DNA from: Dimargaris cristalligena
Lineage: Eukaryota
Length of the DNA stretch: 40,217 nt
Direction of reading: 5' to 3'
Assembly (NCBI GenBank): GCA_003614675.1
Contig: ML002341.1
Coordinates: 1 to 40,217 of the forward strand
Numbering within the stretch: the first letter of the stretch is position 1; each line of letters starts with the position of its first letter. Shown piece by piece: positions 1 through 9,022 of the stretch. Under the pieces are notes generated by a model that was not told the DNA's origin, searched no databases, and saw only the letters and a list, made by a program, of their open reading frames with translations. The translations under genes and the position numbers were made by a program.

Positions 1-1662
1 GATTCTTGAAGGTATTTATACTTAGAAAGTGGTAGAAGTTCAACCTACGTAGTGTTACTGTTTGGATTGATAAATAATGACGAGTTTACGAATATATCTG
101 GCTAATGATGATATCAAATATAAATGCGAGTGATATTTGATGTGTTTTTCACTTGCTATGATATTGCAAGGTTATAAAATAATAAATCGAGACTTTGCTG
201 ATAAAAGGATATAGTAATGAGAATTGATTAATAAAGAAATACTGCGGTTAACTAAGTAGTCTCAGGTCCTACCACAACAATTAATTTCCAAGTTTTGTGC
301 TATATATCAACATAAGAATAATTAACTCAGTTTCTTAAATTAACGACAATTACTCTACTCGTCTGGAATTCTAGAATGCCCGGAAACAGTCGTAGATAAT
401 ATGCCAATACATCCTGTAGCATTTATTAATTAATATTTTAGCCACATACTTGATGTCCTAGGATGCTAACACCTTAAAATGGATGATATCAGAAGGTTAT
501 AAATGAACCATCCAACAGTTATGGCAAATATAATAGAATACTTATAGAAATATGTACTGTGTAACCGATATTGCTAATAATTATTGGCCTTTAATAGGTA
601 GCCAGTGGGCTATACTAATTGTATGCTTTAAAACTTAGGGACACTATTGATACTGAATATATTTAGGTAGTACTCGATCCCTCATTATAAGTTTTATTGA
701 AGCTGCCTCCCGACCTTCAAGCACCGAGCGTCCCTGAGAGACTAATGGGTTACCCCAAGTCTCAATGATTGTGACTGTTGGCCAAACCTGAAAGGAAATA
801 TCGCTATTAGTACCGATTTTTATAGGAATGCTCCTGGTCAATCTACTGTCATACTTACTGCTATTATGAACATTATAGATGATTTGGCCCTTTTAAAAAA
901 TGATCCCCAAAGCCCCTAATTATATGGAACTCAGACTGGCGTCTACATCAGCTGTTTTCCCAGTTCAAAAATAGTTTTGGGTAGTTATATACAGCTATGC
1001 TTAATGTGCCACTAGGCCCGAGTGCATCAAGGTGCCATGTCAGCGATTCTCTCCTCCCAATAGATGTATACTCATTTTGTAGCAATTGAGGCCACTCACA
1101 CTGGCTAAGTTTAATGTTGGGCTGTCCCTACCTACACCTGCCCCACATCCCCTTTCCTCTTCATTGTACTATTTTTCACCATGCCCTTGCTTAGTTCGAT
1201 TGAATATATTCCTTACACCATTCTAATTTAACCAACTGGTAGTATTAGTAGCCGTAGGACTAGTATTCCAAATGTTTCCTTGACAATGTACTTAAGGATG
1301 TTTAAATATAACCAGATATTTATTTGAAGGTATGCGTAGCAGAAATGAAATAAAACTAATTGGACTGCTAATAAGGAAACTAAGACTAATATTGGCTACA
1401 ATGGCCGCCCATACTATCTTCGGCGAGTATTACTACCAAATGCAGTAGAAAGCGAACCATTACACCTGGGTGGATATGTAAAATATGGTAATCGTGTGGG
1501 CCCTGCCGTACAGTGGCCATCATTTGAGGAAAAAAAGTGGATTTTAGAAGGTATTTGAACCCACTTAACTAGCCCAGTGTTGGGGGCTCGAGGCGGGTCG
1601 ATGATCGTGTCATCAATGCGGATGCTTTCATCCTGCAAGCTCGCTGAACCATCGGAGGAATT

Positions 1663-2082
1663 TTATTCGCTGCTGTCTTCGCTTTCCTCATCGTCGTCGC
1701 CGGCATCTTCTTCGTCGTTATCGTCGCCGTCGTCTTCCTCGTCGTTATAATCGCCGTCATCTTCCTCGTCGTTGTAATCGCCGTCATCTTCCTCGTCGTT
1801 ATCATCACCATCATCTTCCTCGTCGTTATCGTCATCGTCGTTGCCGCCCTTATGGTGCTTCTTACCATGGCGCTTCTTGCCTTCATTATCACCATCGTCA
1901 TCACCGGGGGTGCGACGGGTCAATTGGACAGTACTACCCTCTTCCCGTCGAACCAGGCGGTGGAGAGAAACGGAATTGGCCAGAGTCGGGTTGCGCAGCC
2001 TATTGGGAAGCGGGCGGGCATCCACGGCGATACATAGTACGCCCGCGGCAAGGATAGTTAGGGCCAGAGTGGAGAACTGCAT
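1663..2082 (-). CDS. Small secreted protein (139 aa) with signal peptide, dibasic sites and a D/E-rich tandem-repeat C-terminus; function unknown
   Basis: Single-exon ATG ORF. Hydrophobic N-terminus MQFSTLALTILAAGVLCIAVDA|RP with a V-D-A signal-peptidase-like site. Dibasic sites VRR, TRR and KKR. 42 of the last 59 residues are D/E. Pyrimidine-rich leader and TATAAAA upstream. Confidence 0.8.
   Translation of the reverse strand: MQFSTLALTILAAGVLCIAVDARPLPNRLRNPTLANSVSLHRLVRREEGSTVQLTRRTPGDDDGDNEGKKRHGKKHHKGGNDDDDNDEEDDGDDNDEEDDGDYNDEEDDGDYNDEEDDGDDNDEEDAGDDDEESEDSSE
1693..1827 (-). repeat. Coding minisatellite, 5 x 27 bp, encoding NDEED(D/A)GD(D/Y)
   Basis: The core tcttc(c/t)tcgtcgtt recurs at 1706, 1733, 1760, 1787 and 1814 (period 27). 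Confidence 0.95.
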
Positions 2083-2236
2083 AGTGGACGGAGAGGGCGG
2101 CGGTGAAGACGAAGAGGGGTAAGAGGTGAGTGGGAAAAGGAGGGAAGGTTGTAGAGAGGAGAGAAGTTGACGTGTTGCTATTGAAGGACGGTTGCTGTAA
2201 TTGATGGATAGTAAAGGAGGGGGGTTATACCGACCA

Positions 2237-2243
2237 TTTTATA
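2237..2243 (-). promoter_or_regulatory. Candidate TATA box of the secreted-protein gene
   Basis: TATAAAA on the minus strand about 155 nt upstream of ATG 2082, followed by a CT-rich leader. Confidence 0.45.
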
Positions 2244-3526
2244 CTTTTTCAGACGAGGTGCTAATTTGGGATACGCCCTTTTGATGCGAAGCGCTAAGGT
2301 TAAACTATTACCCCCACGGAGGCCTTTTATCTATGGCTTAAAGGGACTAAATGGGAGATAGAATGGCTCCTAATGCACCGTGCAATTAATGACCCGAAGG
2401 CCCCACAGGCATGGGTTGTGGTGTTAATGAGATAGTTTTCGGCCAACCGCGACCTTTATGCGATGGTGGCGAACAGCACAGGGGGGAGGGAGGGGGCTGG
2501 AGAAGGAGAGAGGGCCCACTCCCTGACCATAAAGAGTATTAGTGGCTGAGTGGCCGGATATTTGGATGAGACGCCTGGGTCCTCGAATTTTAGAGGCCCT
2601 ATTGGATTCGGGTACTATCAACAATGACCCCCCGAATGTGTGCAACAAAGCAGAAACCTGGGTAATAAAGGGACTAGGCTAAGTCATTCGCTTGAAAGCA
2701 ATCCACTATGCCTCTCTTGTTCCTCCAACATCCAACCCCCTCCCTCCTCTTTTTTTAAATTGTTATTTTGCTTTACACTATAGCATGGGGGGGGAGTATT
2801 GGGGTGAGGATGTCCTGAAAGATTTCGGGTATACAACCCACCGAACGCCCCAGGTCCGGAGGTCCCGATTAATTGAGACAATACAGCGGGACAAAGTGGG
2901 GCCTTTACCCGAGGCCAATTGAGTGTCTCGCGTTGCCCTTTTCACTACTGGGCCCTTCGATTGTTGCTCAAATTAAAAAGGGTCAGCCGAGGGGATTTAC
3001 ATTTACCCCCCGAGTACCCTTAGTAGGCAGGCACTCGTAACTGTAGGGGCCTGGCGGTGTCCCAAATTATCCACATATTTTTCACCTCGATAGGTGGCTC
3101 AGCCGCTGAGGAAAAGTTGCCCATTAGTTCCGTGGGGTTTGGGCCCACTGTCTCTGTTTCTTTTAATCGAAAAAAAGAATATGCTACAGTGACTACCTCG
3201 GCAGTATCTGATAGTAATTTCGCTTAGCTGATGAAAAAAATGTAACCAACTTGTAAGTCAGCATCCCTTAGAGCGTGGTGATAGTAATGCAGCTGAAGTA
3301 GAGGTATGTCCATACAATTAATTATTCGTGTGACTCAGTGACATTTCTTCAACTACCTAATAACTAGTTTTATTTTTTGATTTGACATTGATGCCTAATA
3401 ATTATCTCGCATATATAGGTTAAATGGTTTATTGTAGCGGAAATACTATAAAAAAATCCTAATTTATGTAAGCGAAAATGCAACAAGACCTTTGTAATTG
3501 TTAATGTAACATACAGATTCAACATA

Positions 3527-6500
3527 TTAGAAAATTGCAGTCACGATGCCCGCACCGATGGTTTCGCCGCCCTTTCGCAGAGTAATGCGGCCGAAGCTCT
3601 TGGAATGCTGGAACGTATCCAGGCAAACCGGCCGATCGGATGTGATTTCGATTTTAGCAGCCGAGCTCTTGGGAAGATGTCTTCGAAGAGGTAAACAATA
3701 AATAAATGCAACAGGGCCATGTCGGGAGTTAGTGGTAGTAACAAGGTCTGGTATACTAAATACAGGGGAGTGATAGCAAGAGCTAAAAAGCAGAAACCAC
3801 CACTAATAATGAACGGCCAGTCGCTTACCTCGGTCGCTTTTTAATTACTTCGCCCGATGATTTATCTAATAAGGCCACCAGTTTAGTAATAAAGGCGGGC
3901 TCATTACGACTTTGGTAATGGAGGATGATCTAATAAATATATAACAAAAGAAGTAAGATGTATTCACAAGGTTAGTCAAATGAATGAAATGTCAGAAATC
4001 CATCCAGCCCTCTGTTGATTTCCTGACCAGCACCACCCCACTGAATTATATACCCCACATGTTCATAGTATCTAAAAGGGTAAAAGAAGCCTTCCCCTCT
4101 CCTCCAGCGGATTAATACTCAAATGAATAGCCAAGGCAGCTTACCGGGTACCCCTGCGTAATGGGAACCTTTGTCTCGAATACCACGATTTGAGCTTCGA
4201 ACCGGCTCGTAGTGGGTATCGGGTGGTCACGCGGACACAGCACCGAACCCACACTATACTGGGTAAGATCGATTCCCTGTACTGTCATTAGAATACTGTC
4301 CCCCGCGGCCGCCCACTGCACCAAGTTGTCGAGGTGATCAATCGCTTTGACGGTGCCAATTTCAAGACCGGGTACGAGGGCCAGTCGTTCGCCCACGCGA
4401 ACGGATCCACTTTCCACCCGACCACTGACGGTTACGGTAGTTCCCGTGGTCCCGCCACTGGCGGCCGAGCCGACCGGGATGGTGGCCGCGATGGAGGCGG
4501 CTTGGTTATGTGTCGTTCCACCAAGTAGGCTACCCCGGAAAAAGTCACTCACCGATAGGCGGAAAGCCCCCTCGAGCGTTCGGGTGGGCGGGGCCAGTTG
4601 GTCAATGACCTCGACCAAGCAGGGCCCGGAGTACCATTCGACCAAGGCCTGGGCGTTCGTTTCCTTACTACTAGCCTTTTCCGGCTCGTTTCCGACCCTA
4701 TGGGTCAAATTGGTGCCGCGGAGGCCACTGCAGGGCACAAACACCAACGTCTCGGGTCGGAATCCAATTTGGGTCAAAAAGGCGGACACCTGGTCCCGGA
4801 TTTCCAGAAACCGGGCCTCCGACCAGTCCAGGGTATCCAATTTATTCACTGCTACCACGAGTTGCTGCACCCCGAGACTGCGGGCCAAAATGGCGTGCTC
4901 TTTCGTTTGCCCGTAGTCGCTAAATCCCGCCTCAAAGCCTCCGAGACTGGCGTCCACCACCAGAATAGCAGCGTCCGCTTGTGTGGCCCCCGCAATCATG
5001 TTGGGTATAAAGTCACGGTGCCCAGGTGCATCGAGAATTGTGAACTGGCGGTTTTCGGTTTCGAAATTGGAGGTGGCGATGTCGATGGTAACCCCCCTAG
5101 CGACCATTGATATACAAACCGACATCCGTTGTAGCGGCAGTGGGGTAATGGTTATAATCAATAAATATAGAAGCATGTTAATAGGGTGCAAGGCAATATG
5201 GTCTCCAATAGCCAGGGTATGCGGGTGTAACATGTTAGGTAATTCAAGTACTCTCCGTGGCTTTGTCTCAGGCTCCACTTTTCGGGGCCAAGGTTGCCAA
5301 CCCCAGTAGATATCAATAGTAGCAACTCCCAATTTCCTCCCTTACCTTGACCGTTCCTCTTCGGTTTCGTCCAAAACCCATGCAAAATGGAAAGACGATT
5401 TGCCCGATTTAGCCGCGTCCCGTTCGTATTTCTGCATGACCCGATCGGAAACCTGGCCCATGCGGTAAAGCAAGTGGCCCATCAGGGTACTCTTGCCGGC
5501 ATCGACGTGCCCCACCACAATGATGTTGATGTGGCCCTTACCCTGCCCCCGCTGTTCGAACTCCTGTGCTACATTGATGCGGGGGGCGGTTTTGGTCAGA
5601 TCCGGCCCTTGACTGGTGGGTTTTGTAACCGCCGGGGCTGCGGCGCTGGTCGATGGATCTATTTTTAGCTGGTTCATCTGCGCCACGGTATCACCAACAT
5701 CTTGTTGATTTGGTTGGGAGGCGGCGCCTAATGGAAATCAATCAGCCAATTGGGAAAATGGTGTAAAGTGGCGTTGCAGCCAGTGGGGGTTTTCGGGGTT
5801 AATACCTCAGTTTACGTTCCATTTTGGTAAATCATGGCATTACCATATTCATCAACTTTAGCTAAACTACTCGATCAACGAGGCTAACCAGTGATTCCTA
5901 ATAAAGGCGATTTCATTAAGAAATAGAAGAGAACCCCTCTTGATATGATGGCAGACGAAAACTAATATAGAAACAGGTATGAACAGGAGAAGGCGAATAA
6001 AAATAAGAGAAAATTATGAACTCGTACCTTTAGCGGATTTACCCCAATTGCTACCACTTTGGGCATTCGCAACAATATCATCCCGACTGGGTTGATCGAA
6101 TCCAAAGGGTTGGACCGTCGCAGCCTTGGCTTTCTTATTTTTGTTTTCTAGGGCCCAGGGAGTAAAATACAGCAAATAATTTAACAAAGCAGGGGGGAAA
6201 TTAAAATCCTGTAGGTCCTGGTGGCCTTGGGCCAAGGAATGGTAGAGGTTAGGGGGGATACGGGGGGAAGAAGAAGAGTCGGGGAAAGATGAATGTGTGG
6301 GAGGGGGGGAAAAGAGAAATTGGGCCAAAGGCGAGGGACTGGTTGTAAGAGGCGGCTTGGGGGATTTAATGACCGAGGGGGGGGGGCGGAGCAGCGGCAG
6401 TGGCAGTGACAGCTGGGGGAGAGGCGGAAGTAGAGGCCAGGGGCGGATTTCCCTTACCCAACAGGCCCAGACGTGCTCCGACCGTCCTTGGCTTACTACC

Positions 6501-8240
6501 AGGGGCTGCCATCTGGCCCAAGGAGGGACCAGTTGATGGGCGTTTCTTCATCAGGTCCGCCAACGACGGCTTCGCGGCAGCGGATGTCGAATTTGAAGGT
6601 TTTCCCGGGGCCAAGCTGAGGCGGGGCCGTTGGTTCAGTGCCGGCCGTCCGCCGAGTCGGGGCGTAGCAGCGGAGGCCAACGGCCCTCCTTCAGAGGGAG
6701 GCTGTGTTGGATTTAATCGAAGGCTGGCCAGCGCCGCTGACGCCGAGAATTTACCCTTGGCGCCATGGGCCAGGGAACGCAGGGACGTGGTAGTGGGCGG
6801 TGTCGCTGCCTCCATAGGCGAATTGGGTTCACAGGCTGGTTCCGGTTGTATGGGCTTTATGCGAGAGTGGTCTTCCGAATCAGGAGACGACGAAATAACT
6901 GAACAATCACCAACTTTGTTTTTAAAAATAAGAGAAAATAACGTAGTGTATGTTCAGGTTGGTGAAGTATAATAAACCCCACCCGGTCGAATCAAACCAT
7001 GGGAAATGCAATCGGCTGTTCAGTAGCAGCACCCTCGCCTGTGGTCCCCAGTCCCTCTGTTTGATTACAACATGGTTATCAAAGAATGTATCTTGGAATT
7101 TTGATCAGAGTTTAATTAAATGGACGCTACTTACTTTTACCTTTACTTTTCGATTGAGCAGCACTCTTTTGGCGCTTCTCGGCCGTTTCTATCATAAATA
7201 ACATTAGTATTAATGTGCAGGTTATCAATCGAAAGGTCAGCTAAAGGACTCTATAACGTATGCCCCAGATCCGATTGCTTGGCTTGGTTCAAGTATACAT
7301 ATGGACATGCCAAAGTGTCTACATATATACATATATAAATCAACCCCGAATGCAGAATATCCAAATGAGGGACCTACCTATGGCCCAGCCCAGGGTCTGG
7401 TCCACGTCAAAATAGCTATCCCATAGTACGTCCTGGATCTCTTTATCGGTCATAGGAACCCCGTCGCCTATGACCTCCCTAATCTTGGCAAGACCCTGCT
7501 GTAATTTGGCTGATTTGGATAATAACGATGGTATTGTTTGGAAGGAGCAGCGCATATAGAAAGGGCGGGTAAGAGTATTGATGATGTATACAAAGGGATT
7601 GTATAAGTATGGTGCGGTCACTGTTAGTAGAGTCCCTCTCATTAAAGAATACGGGCCAGAGTAACGAGGGCAACGGGCCCCTCACCCAGCCAGCCTTACA
7701 GTATTATTCCCAGGCGAAACACGATATATGAAACGGCTCGTTTAACGTATAGTCAAAGTATGGTAGCACTGAATGGTGTTTAAATAAAAAGAATTGGCTT
7801 ACCGAAATCCTCCTCGGACATTTCGTCCTCGGGGTATTCTTCGTCGTATTCATCGTCGAATACGTCTAATGGCCATACAATGAGGCATGTAGTCGAAAGC
7901 GGGGGTTGGGTTAAGGACCAACAACATTATATATTTATATAGATAAATACAAAAAACCGACTCAGTTAGAAATTACACCAATTCGTAAAGCCCATGCGCA
8001 CATCCACCCCCTAGGCTCGGCTGACAAATTGGGGGTATTCGGTCTGGTTTCGGGGTGGCGGGTATAGCACCTGGAAAAATACGGGATGGAAGGGCCGAGG
8101 CAATGGAAAGCATGCCCCCACAAAAACCCGCCCTGTCTCGCCCGTTCAAGAAGCGAATGCACCGAACTTGGGAGAAGGCTCTCTATTTGCAATAACCTAC
8201 CGTCGAGATCTAGGTTACGAACGTTGCGGTGGCGTGACAT
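3527..8240 (-). CDS. HBS1: HBS1 translational GTPase (eEF1A/eRF3 family, Dom34/Pelota partner); 8 exons, 625 aa
   Basis: Exons 8240-8201, 7865-7803, 7509-7378, 7188-7135, 5727-5346, 5096-4145, 3929-3829 and 3680-3527 total 1878 nt. All introns are GT..AG with consistent phases. N-terminus MSRHRNVR and HBS1 N-domain (EIQDVLWDSYFDVDQTL). GTPase motifs GHVDAGKST, RGVTID, DAPGH, NKLD and SGL. C-terminus GRITLRKGGETIGAGIV. Confidence 0.95.
6014..6898 (-). CDS. SKI7: Alternative Ski7-like exon inside HBS1 intron 4 (SKI-complex/exosome adaptor region); one-base frameshift at the G10 run 6377-6386
   Basis: Acceptor ttgttcag| before 6898 is phase 1 and in frame with exon 4 and with ORF 6815-6366. Repeated SLxxL motifs (SLRSLA, PSLADL, PSLGQM). 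After the homopolymer come LTTSPSPLAQFLF and PFGFDQPSRDDIVANAQ, resembling the Ski7/HBS1L isoform-3 exosome-binding motifs. The exon ends at TAA 6016-6014 or at a phase-1 donor G|GTACGA (6028|6027). Confidence 0.8.
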
Positions 8241-9022
8241 AGTAAGCAGTTAACAGGGGGGAAATAAACGGAAAAACTATAAAACCAAAAATTAGGAATG
8301 AAACCAAGGTGAGAGAATGTACAAGTGGAATGGGGGGTACAGCTGGGACAAATAGACCCGCCGAGCCACCCTCACCCTTTCACGACAAAGTTTGAGTCAG
8401 CGGAGTTGGCGGGGGCGGTGTCAATAAAGTGCCTCGGCTTTGTGAGTAAACTGGCTGTTCTATTGTAGCAACTCATGTTCTAACTTCCTCCGTCAAGTCA
8501 AATAGCGACAAGGTAACCTAGATGTAATTCCCGCTCGCTTACTTTGAATAGGGCACAAATGGCCCACTGAATAGCCAGCAGGTTGGACTGCGCCTCCCAC
8601 TTGGTTCTTAATTTCACCTCCCATCTTTTAAATTATGTAATATAGAATCGGCCAATCGCGAATTGTCAATATCCAACCAAGCAAGAGTTTTAATCAATAA
8701 TAATCAACCGATTTAATCGTACACAATAAATTGTCTACTGTATCGTACATTGTAGGTAAAATGAAGTGATATCTCCCAAAAAATAAAACGAATACTACTA
8801 AAAAAACAACAACCATCACTTCAGTGAAACTATCCATATCGTAAATCAAAAAAATAAAATAACCGACAGGTAAGAGCGGAATTCAAATCAACCATCCGCT
8901 GCCTTATTGCTCTTTCCAAATTAAAGAGACGTGTCGGTTCCGTATCGTTCACAGGTAAACATAAGTAACACATGTTCATAACCAAACATATTAAAGGGAT
9001 GATATGCAGTGCGGCCCATCCC

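Noticed and set aside
1-1400. AT-rich left end with short protein-like minus-strand fragments, possibly a pseudogene or transposon relic
   Set aside because: No recognisable motif, no long frame and no clear CpG depletion, so I cannot support a call.
1569-1904. 111-aa ORF with TTRKMT repeats
   Set aside because: Alternative frame of the 27-bp repeat in the secreted-protein gene.
4112-5332. 406-aa ORF as a stand-alone EF-1alpha-like gene; GVATIDI at its start echoes the true GVTIDI
   Set aside because: It is HBS1 exon 6 plus intron read-through. GVATIDI lies just after the donor with no usable acceptor, so I treat it as coincidence.
6400-6972. 190-aa plus-strand ORF
   Set aside because: Antisense shadow of the GC-rich Ski7-like exon.
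8393-8399. Perfect Gcn4/AP-1 site TGAGTCA upstream of HBS1 (also at 3331 and 35401)
   Set aside because: About five hits are expected by chance in 40 kb on both strands, and there is no clustering.
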